DNA from: Candidatus Methylacidiphilales bacterium
Lineage (GTDB): Bacteria; Verrucomicrobiota; Verrucomicrobiia; Methylacidiphilales; JANWVL01
NCBI GenBank assembly: GCA_025056655.1
Contig: JANWVL010000082.1
Span: 813 to 64,812 of the forward strand
Direction: 5' to 3'
Length of the DNA stretch: 64,000 bases
In this document: piece by piece, positions 21,752 to 32,292 of the stretch
Layout: each line of letters opens with the position of its first letter
How positions within the stretch are numbered: the first letter of the stretch is position 1
Position numbers and translations under genes: made by a program
Notes under the pieces: model-generated
The model's database searches: none
What the model saw: only the letters and a program-made list of their open reading frames with translations
What the model was told of the DNA's origin: nothing

Positions 21752-23632
21752 ATGCCCGAAGTCTCCAAACCTTCACACAATCAAGTCTGGCGCACCACCA
21801 TCGAAATTTTAGGTTCACTGAAACTCGCTGTATTTCTTCTCATCTCGATTGCTATAGCTTGCGCAGCCGCTACGATTGCTGAATCTCGTTTTAACACAGC
21901 AGTCGCGCGACATTACATCTATCAAGCCCCGTGGTTTATCGTATGGCTGCTCCTACTGTGCGTAAACCTAGCCGCAGCCACTTTGACCAGATGGCCATGG
22001 CAAAAAAAACACACTGGTTTTTTGATTACCCATCTCGGCATCATCGTCCTTCTCATCGGTGCCTTGATAGGCCGATTGACTGGCTTCGAAGGGTTTGTCC
22101 ATTTGCGAATCGGAGAACCACCCACAGGACGCGTGACGCTAAACCAAACCATGTTCCAAGTAGAAAGCCCTGCAGATGGATTGCTCTACGCCATAGACTT
22201 TCCTGTTGAGGTTCAACGTCCAACGCCTAAGAAGCCCCGCCGACTGGCCGTTCCGCATACCAACCTAAAACTTGTTATCAAGGATTACGCCGAACACATA
22301 GAGTCCCGTGAAGTTCTTGAAGCAGTCTCAAGCAGCTCCCCAGTAAGTGCCCCTGGCCTTGCTCTTGAGTTCACAAGCTCCATGATGCGGCAGTCCATTC
22401 CGATCACGTTGCTACAGCTTGAGGGCAAAAACGAAGACTCCTTTTTCGGACACGCACGCATCCGTTGGCTGCTTGATGATCCTCTCAAAAATTCGCCCTC
22501 TGACTCTGAGCCTTCTTTATCTCCCAGCCGCGAAACTCACGTCCTATTCGCACGTCGCACCCAGCACCCAATTATTCATTCTGAAAATAACCAACCATCA
22601 GGAATACAAGCCTACCTATTGCCTGTTAAATCAAGCCTCGTGAGCAGCACGCAGCCTAGCGACTGGAAAGTAATTCTAGAACTTTCATCCGAAGAAAGCT
22701 ACGAATACCCGCTAAACGACATTATCAAAAAAACGCTCGAGGTCATTCCTGATGTTCTCCAAATCAAAGCCCATGGCTTTTGGCACGATTTCACGATGCA
22801 CCAAGGTAGCCCCACCAATCGAAGTGATCGCCCAGAAAATCCTGCGGTTATCATTCAGCTGCAGATCAATGACGTCTCTGCGCTAAAAACTCGAATTCTA
22901 GGCCTACGCGAACTCCAATTCTGGCCTAGTTCCAGTCCGGAAGCCGTATCTTACCGCGTTCTGCGCAGCGGAAAAGAAACCTTATCGGGCGTTCTACGGA
23001 AAGGAGAATCTTTCGCACCTGGCTGGGCTGATTGGCAAGTCAAGCTAAATGAATATCTCCCGCATGCCGTCATTCGAAAAAAAAACCTCCCTGCATCGAT
23101 CCCCTTGCAATCTTCTGGCATTGAGTCAAGCGCAGTTCCCGGTCTACTCGTAGCACTCACCGACTCACAAGGACAACGCCTCGATGAGCGCTGGATTGCC
23201 TCGGGCGAAATCGCTTCATTCTTTTCTGCAAATCAAGTTGTGCGGGTCGGTTTTGGATTAAAAACACGGCCACTCCCCTTCACAGTTAGGCTGGATCGCT
23301 TTGAAGTCCCCCGGGATGAAGGCACAGACACGCCTGCCAACTTTATTAGCCATCTAACCTTTCGCGATACACAAACGGGCTTGGAAACTTCTGCTAAAGC
23401 TCAAATGAATTATCCTGCAAGCTTCCCCGGCGGCCTTTGGAGATCCGCGCTAGGCTTAAATTACAAATTTTCGCAAGCCTCATGGAATCCTAATGACCTC
23501 GACGTCACCACATTGCAAGTCCTTTACGATCCCGGTTGGCCATTCAAATGGATCGGCTCATTAATCCTTTGCGTAGGCATCGGCATCCTCTTTATAGGAC
23601 GTAAAGTAAACTTTAATCCCTCTACTCAATGA
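21752..23632 (+). CDS. ccsB: cytochrome c biogenesis protein ResB/Ccs1 (system II)
   Basis: 626 aa with a ResB-like topology: N-terminal TM helices, a large periplasmic domain and a C-terminal TM. It overlaps ccsA by 4 nt. Confidence 0.85.
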   Translation: MPEVSKPSHNQVWRTTIEILGSLKLAVFLLISIAIACAAATIAESRFNTAVARHYIYQAPWFIVWLLLLCVNLAAATLTRWPWQKKHTGFLITHLGIIVLLIGALIGRLTGFEGFVHLRIGEPPTGRVTLNQTMFQVESPADGLLYAIDFPVEVQRPTPKKPRRLAVPHTNLKLVIKDYAEHIESREVLEAVSSSSPVSAPGLALEFTSSMMRQSIPITLLQLEGKNEDSFFGHARIRWLLDDPLKNSPSDSEPSLSPSRETHVLFARRTQHPIIHSENNQPSGIQAYLLPVKSSLVSSTQPSDWKVILELSSEESYEYPLNDIIKKTLEVIPDVLQIKAHGFWHDFTMHQGSPTNRSDRPENPAVIIQLQINDVSALKTRILGLRELQFWPSSSPEAVSYRVLRSGKETLSGVLRKGESFAPGWADWQVKLNEYLPHAVIRKKNLPASIPLQSSGIESSAVPGLLVALTDSQGQRLDERWIASGEIASFFSANQVVRVGFGLKTRPLPFTVRLDRFEVPRDEGTDTPANFISHLTFRDTQTGLETSAKAQMNYPASFPGGLWRSALGLNYKFSQASWNPNDLDVTTLQVLYDPGWPFKWIGSLILCVGIGILFIGRKVNFNPSTQ

Positions 23633-25296
23633 AATCTTATATTTTCCTGATCACTCTGCTCACCCTTACGATAGAAATACACGCAAGCTCACACTCTGTC
23701 CGCCCAACATCTAATTTATGGTCTGAATTAGCCGTCCAACACAATGGCCGCAAAAAACCATTCACCTCTTTTGCCCATGAAATCACTATCACCATAACCG
23801 GCAAAACCTACTGGCCTCCGATTCAAAAAAATGCCCAGCGTTTATCAGCATTGCAGGGAACAATCTCTCTCTTTCTGGAGCCGGCTCAGTTCCACAGCGC
23901 TACAGTGATATACATCGGATATTCGAAATTAAAAAACGAACTTGGACTCGATCCACAGACAATTCACTTCTCAATCTCTGATATCATCCCCAACGCACGT
24001 CTGGCTACTCTACTTCGCGAGGCAGAGTTGATGCGGTTTCGCAACCCTCGCGAACCTCTCCCAAGACTTCATAAAGAGGCCGAGGAGCTCGCCCAACGTC
24101 TTTCTACATTCGAAGCCCTTCTAAACGGTTCTTTGTTCAAAATCATACCGCACCCGACTTTGCGCAACGATGGAAGCTGGCTTTCGATTAACGAGATTTC
24201 CAACCACTACCCTAGCGATGAAGCAGATGCCCTGCGCCATCTATTTGAAAAGCTTCGGGAAGCCTACCTAAATTCCAAACCCGAATTCGGCACTCATCTC
24301 AAAACTTTCATCACAACTATACACCAACTCCGCCCCTCACACTACGCAGACCAAACCAAACTCAAAGCAGAGTATCTCTATAAAGAGTGGCACCCCTCTG
24401 GATGGGCTTGGAAACTCTATCTTGCTGCCGCCGCAGTTTTATTCTTCATTCGCAATGAAAGAAATAGAGGCCTTCTTTATCGTGCATCGTGGCTTTTGCT
24501 TATCATCGGTTTTCTTCTTCAGATCATTGCCTTTGCTCTCAGAGTCTATGTTTCAGGGCGAGCACCAGTCACAAACATGTATGAAACAGTCATCTGGGTC
24601 GCCCTTGGCACAATGGCCTTTGCCATTTTTTTCGAAGCCCGTTACCAAACAGGATACTTTATCTTGGCTGCAGCTCCGTTTGCCTCAATCGTCCTGATCT
24701 TAGCTGATCTTTCCCCAATCATTCTCGATCGTTCCATACAACCTTTGCAGCCAGTTCTGCGGAACAATTTCTGGCTTACCGTCCATGTTCTTACCGTCAC
24801 ACTAAGTTATGCTGCTTTTTTACTTGCCATGGCTCTAGCCCACATACGCCTGATTCGTCATCTTCTTCGATATGTGAGCGACCTTGATGCAAAACTCGAC
24901 TTTTTCGTCTATCGCGCTTTACAAATCGGCGTTTTTCTTCTCGCTGCAGGCACTATTCTCGGCGGTGTCTGGGCTAATTATTCATGGGGACGTTTCTGGG
25001 ATTGGGACCCAAAAGAAACGTGGGCTTTGATCACTCTTCTTATCTATTTAGCCGTGCTACACGGCCGTCTTGCTGGCTGGTGGAAAGGACTAGGACTCTC
25101 TGTGGGCAGCATCGTGGGCTTTTTAAGCGTCATCATGACGTGGTATGGAGTCAACTTCATCCTTGGTAAAGGCCTACACAGCTATGGATTCGGAAAGGGA
25201 GGCGGCACAGCAGTGACCATTTTTGTATTGAGTCAAATCCTTTTGCTTCTGGCTCTCTTGCTGCAAAGGCTCAAAAGCAAGGTGACGAAACGCTGA
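23629..25296 (+). CDS. ccsA: cytochrome c-type biogenesis protein CcsA/ResC (system II haem handling)
   Basis: 555 aa. Trp-rich WWD-type motif WGRFWDWDPKETWA, with a long N-terminal periplasmic extension. Confidence 0.9.
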   Translation: MKSYIFLITLLTLTIEIHASSHSVRPTSNLWSELAVQHNGRKKPFTSFAHEITITITGKTYWPPIQKNAQRLSALQGTISLFLEPAQFHSATVIYIGYSKLKNELGLDPQTIHFSISDIIPNARLATLLREAELMRFRNPREPLPRLHKEAEELAQRLSTFEALLNGSLFKIIPHPTLRNDGSWLSINEISNHYPSDEADALRHLFEKLREAYLNSKPEFGTHLKTFITTIHQLRPSHYADQTKLKAEYLYKEWHPSGWAWKLYLAAAAVLFFIRNERNRGLLYRASWLLLIIGFLLQIIAFALRVYVSGRAPVTNMYETVIWVALGTMAFAIFFEARYQTGYFILAAAPFASIVLILADLSPIILDRSIQPLQPVLRNNFWLTVHVLTVTLSYAAFLLAMALAHIRLIRHLLRYVSDLDAKLDFFVYRALQIGVFLLAAGTILGGVWANYSWGRFWDWDPKETWALITLLIYLAVLHGRLAGWWKGLGLSVGSIVGFLSVIMTWYGVNFILGKGLHSYGFGKGGGTAVTIFVLSQILLLLALLLQRLKSKVTKR

Positions 25297-25317
25297 TCTT
25301 CTGCTAATCGCCATCGC

Positions 25318-26451
25318 ATGGATTGGCAACTGCTGTTTTATATTGCCACGACCATCGTAAAAAGCGCGATTGTGATCGCGGTGGTCTTAGGTGTCGTCTC
25401 TTATTCTGTAATGGCTGAGCGACGGATTAGTGCAGCTATACAAGATCGAATTGGGCCAAACCGTGTCGGGATTCCTCTGACCCGCTTTTCTCTTTGGGGA
25501 CTTGGGCAACCAATCGCCGATGCCATCAAGTTTCTACTCAAAGAAGATTTCACCCCTGCTCATGTTAATCGTTTTTATTTTATTATCGCGCCAGTCCTTG
25601 CAGTCATTCCACCGTTGATCAGCATTGCGGTGTTGCCTTTCGGCAGCATCAAGCCGATAGAAATTCCAGCATGGGGACTGACATTGCCGCATCCCGGCGT
25701 CATTGCTGACGTCGACGTCGGCGTTTTGCTCATCTTTGCTATTGCGTCACTTGGCGTTTACGGAATTGTCCTGGCTGGCTGGGCTTCCAATTCTAAGTAT
25801 CCATTTCTTGGTGGGATTCGATCTAGTGCGCAGATGATCTCTTACGAGATTGCGATGGGATTGTCTGTCGTGCCAGTATTTATGGTGATAGGGAGCCTGA
25901 ATCTGTCTGAAATTGTCCGCTATCAATACGAAAACGGTTGGATGGTTTTGCCGTTTATTCAGAAAGGAGGAAATCCTGACCTGTTGCACTGGGCTTTGTG
26001 GCCTTCGATGATACTGTCATTCATTATATTTTTGATCTCTTCTTTTGCTGAAACCAACCGTGCCCCTTTCGATCTTCCTGAGAGCGAAACTGAGCTAGTG
26101 GGCGGTTATCACACCGAATATTCTTCAATGAAATTCGCGCTCTTCTTTCTCGGTGAGTATGCTGCGATGATCGTAGCTTCAGGTCTGATGGTGACACTAT
26201 TTTTTGGAGGCTGGAGCTTACCTATCGAGTGGTTTGCTGGTCAGGAGGCTGCTTGGTGGATGTTACCTCTGCAAGCCCTAGTATTCTTGGTTAAAATTGC
26301 TTGTGTTATTTTCTTTTTCATGTGGGTGCGTTGGACGCTCCCGCGATTTCGTTACGATCAACTTATGAAGCTCGGCTGGTGCGTCCTCTTCGAGCTTGCA
26401 CTGGCTAACATCGTCGTTGTCGCAATCATTCTGGCTTGGCTCCAAGCTTGA
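25318..26451 (+). CDS. nuoH: NADH-quinone oxidoreductase subunit H
   Basis: 377 aa. AERRISAAIQDRIGPNRVG ... QPIADAIKFLLKED and a C-terminal LPRFRYDQLM, both typical of NuoH/ND1. No other nuo genes are adjacent. Confidence 0.9.
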   Translation: MDWQLLFYIATTIVKSAIVIAVVLGVVSYSVMAERRISAAIQDRIGPNRVGIPLTRFSLWGLGQPIADAIKFLLKEDFTPAHVNRFYFIIAPVLAVIPPLISIAVLPFGSIKPIEIPAWGLTLPHPGVIADVDVGVLLIFAIASLGVYGIVLAGWASNSKYPFLGGIRSSAQMISYEIAMGLSVVPVFMVIGSLNLSEIVRYQYENGWMVLPFIQKGGNPDLLHWALWPSMILSFIIFLISSFAETNRAPFDLPESETELVGGYHTEYSSMKFALFFLGEYAAMIVASGLMVTLFFGGWSLPIEWFAGQEAAWWMLPLQALVFLVKIACVIFFFMWVRWTLPRFRYDQLMKLGWCVLFELALANIVVVAIILAWLQA

Positions 26452-26560
26452 TTCTGCATCCATTTTTTCCTTTTTTGGCTTCCTCTACGCCTGGTGACTT
26501 TTCACATTAAAGAAAGCCTGCAGGGCACTGAAATAGCTATACGGTAAAGAATTAAAAAGT

Positions 26561-26576
26561 TGGCACGCAGCTTGCT
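26561..26576 (+). promoter_or_regulatory. sigma54 (-24/-12) promoter upstream of glnB-amtB
   Basis: TGGCAC-GCAGC-TTGCT matches the TGGCAC-N5-TTGCW consensus exactly, about 100 nt upstream of the glnB ATG. The leader contains an 8-bp inverted repeat CTTTCGTC (26601-08) / GACGAAAG (26637-44). Confidence 0.6.
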
Positions 26577-26658
26577 TTGCCCTTGCAACGTGAACTGAAT
26601 CTTTCGTCTGAGGCACTACTTAACGAGTGTGTATCCGACGAAAGGTCAAATAGTATAA

Positions 26659-27012
<354 letters not shown>

Positions 27013-27034
27013 ATCTCAACTCGAAAATCAACTT

Positions 27035-28504
27035 ATGAAAAAGATTATTTTTATCTTAACCGCCATAACGGGCCTTATTTCCTCTCCAATTCTAGCTCAA
27101 GAAGCTCATACAGAATTCAACATTCCAACTCATGAAGCCACTGTAGCTGCCGCTCCACCGAGCACAGACCTGCCGCAAGCGATCCAAGATCTAGAGCAAA
27201 GAATTGCAGACATTGAGGCTTACTTTAACAATGCAGCACGCCCATCCGCCGAGAATTCTAAAATCCCCGGCCCTGGGCCTGGGCACAATGCATGGCAGAT
27301 GGTCGCAACAGCCTTGGTTCTCTTCATGACTCTTCCTGGGCTCGCTCTATTTTACGGAGGTCTAGTTCGATCGAAAAATGTCCTCTCTATTCTGGCGATG
27401 TGCCTGGGCATCACTGGTCTTGCCACGCTTATGTGGTGGGCTTTTGGATATAGCCTCACATTTGCTGGTGGAAACGCCTTTATAGGAGATCTTTCCCAAG
27501 CATTCCTAAACGGCATTTCACCAGCTGCCGTTGGTGCAGGCTCACAATGGATATCGGACTATAGTTGGGTCATGTTTCAGCTTACTTTCGCAATCATCAC
27601 ACCCGCGCTCATCTTCGGAGCGACTGCGGAAAGAATGAAATTTTCAGCAGTTCTACTTTTCACTGCTTTATGGTCAATTTTGGTCTATTATCCACTTGCT
27701 CACATGGTATGGGCAGCTAATGGCTTAATGTGTGGCCCACTAAACGCCCACGCCGCAATCAAAGCCATTGACTTCGCTGGAGGCACAGTCGTTCATATGA
27801 GCTCAGGATGGTCGGCACTGGTGCTCTGCATGATTCTTGGACCGCGATTAGGATACGGTAAGGAACCCATGCCACCCCACTCGATGGTTCTTGTTATGAT
27901 CGGCACGGCTATGCTCTACGTCGGCTGGTTTGGCTTTAATGCTGGATCAGCGTTAGCGTCTGACGCGATCGCAAGCAATGCTTTCGCTACCACTTTTATT
28001 GCTGCAGCTATAGCTGGATTCACCTGGGGAATGCTTGAAAAAGTTCTCCGCGGACATGCTAGTGTCTTAGGATTCTGCTCGGGAATCGTATCCGGATTAG
28101 TTGTGATCACACCTGCAGCTGGATTTGTCACGCCGACAAGTGCGGTGATCATGGGCATCTTGGCTGGTGTCATTCCGTTTATTGCAGTCACTTACATCAA
28201 GAAAGCCCTCGGCTATGACGATGCACTCGACACTTTCGGAGTCCACGGTGTCGGCGGCACTCTCGGAGCGATTCTGACGGGTGTATTTGCTGACCCAAAA
28301 GTTAATCCCGTTGTTGAGTCCCTTAAGAACGGCCTTCTCGTAGCACAGATTCAATCCGTTCTACTCACGATCGCACTTAGCGTCATAGCGACCGCTATTA
28401 TTGCTTACATAATCAAAGCGACCATCGGCTTGCGGCCGACACCCGAGGTTGAAACCTCAGGCCTTGATACAGCCGATCACGGAGAGAAGGGATATATTCT
28501 TTAA
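27035..28504 (+). CDS. amtB: ammonium transporter
   Basis: The ORF track starts at 26933, inside glnB. The real start is MKKIIFILTAITGLISSPILAQE (ATG at 27035), a signal peptide. Amt signatures DFAGGTVVHMSSG and LDTFGVHGVGG. Confidence 0.95.
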   Translation: MKKIIFILTAITGLISSPILAQEAHTEFNIPTHEATVAAAPPSTDLPQAIQDLEQRIADIEAYFNNAARPSAENSKIPGPGPGHNAWQMVATALVLFMTLPGLALFYGGLVRSKNVLSILAMCLGITGLATLMWWAFGYSLTFAGGNAFIGDLSQAFLNGISPAAVGAGSQWISDYSWVMFQLTFAIITPALIFGATAERMKFSAVLLFTALWSILVYYPLAHMVWAANGLMCGPLNAHAAIKAIDFAGGTVVHMSSGWSALVLCMILGPRLGYGKEPMPPHSMVLVMIGTAMLYVGWFGFNAGSALASDAIASNAFATTFIAAAIAGFTWGMLEKVLRGHASVLGFCSGIVSGLVVITPAAGFVTPTSAVIMGILAGVIPFIAVTYIKKALGYDDALDTFGVHGVGGTLGAILTGVFADPKVNPVVESLKNGLLVAQIQSVLLTIALSVIATAIIAYIIKATIGLRPTPEVETSGLDTADHGEKGYIL

Positions 28505-28530
28505 CCTGAGATAAAAATCCCTTGCCAAAA

Positions 28531-28562
28531 AAGGGTGCGTGGCTTATATGCTACGCACCCTT
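28531..28562. promoter_or_regulatory. 32-bp near-perfect palindrome (13-6-13) between amtB and the second P-II gene; RNA hairpin or dimeric-protein binding site
   Basis: AAGGGTGCGTGGC-TTATAT-GCTACGCACCCTT. The arms match 12/13. It lies 27 nt after the amtB stop and 16 nt before the next ATG, with no U-tract after it. Confidence 0.45.
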
Positions 28563-28575
28563 CATCATTGAATAA

Positions 28576-28923
<348 letters not shown>

Positions 28924-29094
28924 CCTCTGCTGAACCCATTTAAAACCACCAATTAACCCAACGAATGCTCTGTTTCTCGCATAAGATTTTATCCCCTCTT
29001 GATGTAACAACATTAAGCGGCAATTCTTCGCACTACCCGCTGCGACCGATTGTCCGAAATCCTCATTGCGGCTACAACCTACTAAACTCATTGT

Positions 29095-29421
29095 ATGCAA
29101 ATATACGTCGGTAACCTCTCCTACCAGACAGGAGAGGGACAAATCTACTCCCTCTTTGCTCCCCACGGAGTCATCGAAAAAGTCCAAGTCATCATAGACA
29201 AGTTCACAGGACGATCTCGCGGCTTCGGTTTTGTGACTATGCCCAACGAGCACGAAGCTCAAGCAGCTATCGCTGCCCTCAACGGCATAGAACTCGACGG
29301 GCGCACGTTGAAAATCAACCAAGCCCGCCCTCGCGAAGAAAATGTCTCTCGACCACATCGCCCCCCATTCAATCGTTCAGGCAGCCGCCGCTATAGAAAA
29401 AGCAATTATTCAAGTTCTTAA
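29095..29421 (+). CDS. RRM-type RNA-binding protein
   Basis: 108 aa. RNP2 IYVGNL and RNP1 RGFGFV, with an Arg/Ser-rich tail. Confidence 0.9.
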   Translation: MQIYVGNLSYQTGEGQIYSLFAPHGVIEKVQVIIDKFTGRSRGFGFVTMPNEHEAQAAIAALNGIELDGRTLKINQARPREENVSRPHRPPFNRSGSRRYRKSNYSSS

Positions 29422-29484
29422 TCATACCATTAAAGGCGCTTATACTCACTTCTGTTCATCTAACAGAAATGACACGCGCTAGCT

Positions 29485-30357
29485 ATGCCTAACACTCAAC
29501 CCCCTCAAATCCTCACGATTACCCTCATTGGCAACGATAAAGCTGGCGTAATCGCTCGTACAACTCATCTCCTCTTCGAGTGCGGCGCTAATATCGAAGG
29601 CCTCGAAGAACAAGTCACCCGCGGTCACTTCAGCATGACTCTCCAGGCCTCCTTTTCTTCAACTTCTGTTCCCTTGGAGATAGTAGAAGCACGCCTACGG
29701 GCTCTGGCTGCAGAGCTTGAAATGGCCTTAACGATAAGGAGAGTCCACACAGGCCCTCAACGCATGGGCATCCTTGTCACAAAAGAACCTCATTGCCTCC
29801 GAGCCATCTTACAAGCCACTCTATCCCCCACATCAGGATCTCCTACTCTAAATACTCAGCCCGTAGTCGTTATCGGAAATCACCCCACTCTTGAACCCCT
29901 TGCCATAGAGGCCGGCTTACCCTTTTACCACGTAGACTTCACCGACCGTAAAGAAGCAGAAAAGAAAACACTCAACCACCTCTTAGATCACGACGTAGAT
30001 TTCATCGTCCTCGCGCGATTTATGAAAATTCTCTCGCCTGACTTCGTATGGCGATGGAAAAACAAAATCATCAACATCCACCCTTCCCTCCTTCCATCGT
30101 TCCCCGGCGCAAATGCCTATCGCCAAGCTTACGAAAAAGGCGTTAAAATTGCCGGCGCTACAGCTCACTTCGTCACCCCACAGCTTGACGAAGGCCCCAT
30201 TATTGCCCAAGAAGCCTTCACCATAGAGCCCGAAGACTCAATTAAAGACATTGTGGCTAAAGGCCAAGCAGCCGAATCCAAATGTCTTCTTCGAGCTATA
30301 CAAATATACCTCGATCAACGCTACGACATCCATTGGGGTAAAGTCTTTGGGGTTTAA
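29485..30357 (+). CDS. purU: formyltetrahydrofolate deformylase
   Basis: 290 aa. N-terminal ACT-like domain plus a formyltransferase core (INIHPSLLPSFPGA). Confidence 0.9.
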   Translation: MPNTQPPQILTITLIGNDKAGVIARTTHLLFECGANIEGLEEQVTRGHFSMTLQASFSSTSVPLEIVEARLRALAAELEMALTIRRVHTGPQRMGILVTKEPHCLRAILQATLSPTSGSPTLNTQPVVVIGNHPTLEPLAIEAGLPFYHVDFTDRKEAEKKTLNHLLDHDVDFIVLARFMKILSPDFVWRWKNKIINIHPSLLPSFPGANAYRQAYEKGVKIAGATAHFVTPQLDEGPIIAQEAFTIEPEDSIKDIVAKGQAAESKCLLRAIQIYLDQRYDIHWGKVFGV

Positions 30358-30384
30358 TAAAAAAACTTTAATCCAAAAATCACG

Positions 30385-30417
30385 TTGACTTTAATAACGA
30401 CCAAAATTATCGTTATT
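30385..30417 (+). promoter_or_regulatory. candidate promoter (TTGACT-N17-TATCGT) overlapped by the inverted repeat AATAACGA-N9-TCGTTATT; putative Rrf2 operator
   Basis: TTGACT at 30385-90. Perfect 8-bp arms at 30393-30400 and 30410-30417, ending 4 nt before the Rrf2 ATG. Confidence 0.4.
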
Positions 30418-30421
30418 CGTT

Positions 30422-30883
30422 ATGAAAATCTCCAAACGAACCGACTACGCTCTACGCGTCCTGTTCACATTGGCAGAGTTTCATCAAGACGCTCATCCCA
30501 TCCCCATTGGAGATTTAGCTCGTCGCAACGACATCCCCAAACGCTTTCTGGAGCAAATTATGCTCGACCTGAAAGCTCACGGTTGGGTTAAAAGTATCCC
30601 AGGAAAAAAAGGTGGATATCTCTTAGCCTTAGACCCAGACCAAATCAGCATGGGAGAAGTAGTCCGAGCATTTGATGGCATGCTTGCACCGATTGGTTGC
30701 GTCTCTGCGACCAACTACGAAGCCTGCTCACAAGAGCGTTTCTGCCGTTTTCGACGCGTCTTTCTCGACATCCGCAACTATGCTGCCAAAATCATGGAGC
30801 GCGCTACGCTCGGCCGTGTCCTCAAACAAATCCCCGTTGCCCCAGAAGAGATCCTTCATGGACTCCATGGTGAAGGAATATAA
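30422..30883 (+). CDS. Rrf2-family transcriptional regulator (three-Cys cluster, possible Fe-S sensor)
   Basis: 153 aa. MKISKRTDYALRVL winged-helix N-terminus and the Cys triad C-x8-C-x5-C (GCVSATNYEACSQERFC). Confidence 0.9.
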   Translation: MKISKRTDYALRVLFTLAEFHQDAHPIPIGDLARRNDIPKRFLEQIMLDLKAHGWVKSIPGKKGGYLLALDPDQISMGEVVRAFDGMLAPIGCVSATNYEACSQERFCRFRRVFLDIRNYAAKIMERATLGRVLKQIPVAPEEILHGLHGEGI

Positions 30884-30905
30884 ACACGATAAAAATAGTC
30901 GTTAA
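30882..30905 (+). promoter_or_regulatory. second, weaker copy of the ACGA-N9-TCGT inverted repeat, in the 22-nt gap before the porin gene
   Basis: AAACACGA-TAAAAATAG-TCGTTAAA. It has the same 9-nt spacer and matches the site at 30393-30417 in about 12/16 arm positions. Confidence 0.3.
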
Positions 30906-32288
30906 ATGAAACCTACCACACACATTATTTTGCTCTTATTGTATTCTGCCTCTAAGCTAAATGCTGCTTCAACGCAAGAAAGCCTAGCTGCAGAAGCGAT
31001 TCGACAAGAGATCGCAAGCCTAAAACAACGTCTCACTGAGCTTGAAAAACGCCTCGACGCAATCTCTCAAAAAAAATCCACCTCTAGCAAGTTGCCTTCA
31101 ACACACATCAGCGAGCAAGCGAAAAAACCTGCCCAAAAGCTTCCATCAAGGATCGTCATCCAATCCGACGATCAACAACACCAATTGCAAATCCGCGGTT
31201 TAGTCCAAGTCGATACTCGCAGTTACCTCAATCACTCGCATCTTGACACTTTTTTACTTCGGCGAGCTCGCATAATCTTAGATGCCGATATTTACAAACA
31301 CTGGCATCTTAATTTACACACAGAGTTCGCTGGCTCCTCTCCGTCCATTATTGATGCAAATATCAATGCTCACCTTCACGACGCCTTTCAAATCCAAGCT
31401 GGCCGCTTCAAAACTCCCTTTGGCCTAGAATTCCTTCAACCCGATCCTCATCGTCTTTTTAACGAAACCTCTCTCGCCTCAAATCTAGTCCCAGGCCGTG
31501 ATATCGGCATCCAAGTTCATGGCACACTGTGGAATCGTCTTTTCGAATATCAATTCGGCCTATTCAACGGCACCGCTGATGGCGCCAACGCTCCAAATCA
31601 AGATACTGATTCTCATCGCGAAATGGCCGCTCGTTTCTTTTTTCATCCGTTAAAAAATCTCTCTACAGCCTTTCAAAATTTTGGTCTAGGCATCGCTCTG
31701 ACGCACGGTGAAAAGGAAGGAGCATCCGCACTGCCCTCATTCCGCACTGATGGACATCAAAGCTTCCTGCAATTCCAACCTTGGACCTCTGCAAGCGGCA
31801 CGCACACCCGCTTCTCTCCACAACTATATGCCTATTGGAAAAACTTTGGTTTGCTCAGTGAATTCATCTATTCTGAGCAGGAGCTCGCTGACGTTTCCCA
31901 CAGACGAAGCCGACTTGAAAGCTACGCATGGCATACAGCCGCACGCTGGATCATTACGGGAGAAGAAGCCGATTATCTGAATATACGCCCTGAACGCGAA
32001 TTCAAACCATGGGGCTCCTCAAGCAACCGCGGATGGGGCGCGCTAGAACTAGCCCTACGAGTAGCTCAACTAGACACTCGTCATCCCGACTTTTCATCAA
32101 TTCTCCTGCCCGGATCCTCCACTAAGGCGACCGCATGGGGCGTCGGATTAAATTGGTATCTCAACGATTACCTACGCATCGGGATCAACTATCTACATAC
32201 TCATTTTGATCGCACCTATAACCCAAACGGCCAAGAGCCTAGAAGAGAAGAACAGCTCTTTCTGACCCGATTTCAATTCCTCTACTGA
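30906..32288 (+). CDS. outer-membrane anion-selective porin (phosphate-selective porin O/P family)
   Basis: 460 aa. Signal peptide, N-terminal coiled coil (IASLKQRLTELEKRLDAI), beta-barrel-like alternating pattern, C-terminal ...RFQFLY. Confidence 0.75.
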   Translation: MKPTTHIILLLLYSASKLNAASTQESLAAEAIRQEIASLKQRLTELEKRLDAISQKKSTSSKLPSTHISEQAKKPAQKLPSRIVIQSDDQQHQLQIRGLVQVDTRSYLNHSHLDTFLLRRARIILDADIYKHWHLNLHTEFAGSSPSIIDANINAHLHDAFQIQAGRFKTPFGLEFLQPDPHRLFNETSLASNLVPGRDIGIQVHGTLWNRLFEYQFGLFNGTADGANAPNQDTDSHREMAARFFFHPLKNLSTAFQNFGLGIALTHGEKEGASALPSFRTDGHQSFLQFQPWTSASGTHTRFSPQLYAYWKNFGLLSEFIYSEQELADVSHRRSRLESYAWHTAARWIITGEEADYLNIRPEREFKPWGSSSNRGWGALELALRVAQLDTRHPDFSSILLPGSSTKATAWGVGLNWYLNDYLRIGINYLHTHFDRTYNPNGQEPRREEQLFLTRFQFLY

Positions 32289-32292
32289 TCCC

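Noticed and set aside
28539-28555. A possible second sigma54 promoter (TGGCTTATATGCT) upstream of glnK.
   Set aside because: The GG-to-GC spacing is 3 nt too short relative to TGGCAC-N5-TTGC.
28531-28562. Reading the 13-6-13 palindrome as a chromosome dimer resolution (dif) site that marks the terminus.
   Set aside because: The left arm shares only GGTGCG with the proteobacterial XerC arm, and the conserved XerD arm (TTATGTTAAAT-like) is absent. My hand counts do not show a clean sign flip of skew here, and no xer gene is nearby. I kept it only as a low-probability alternative in the findings.
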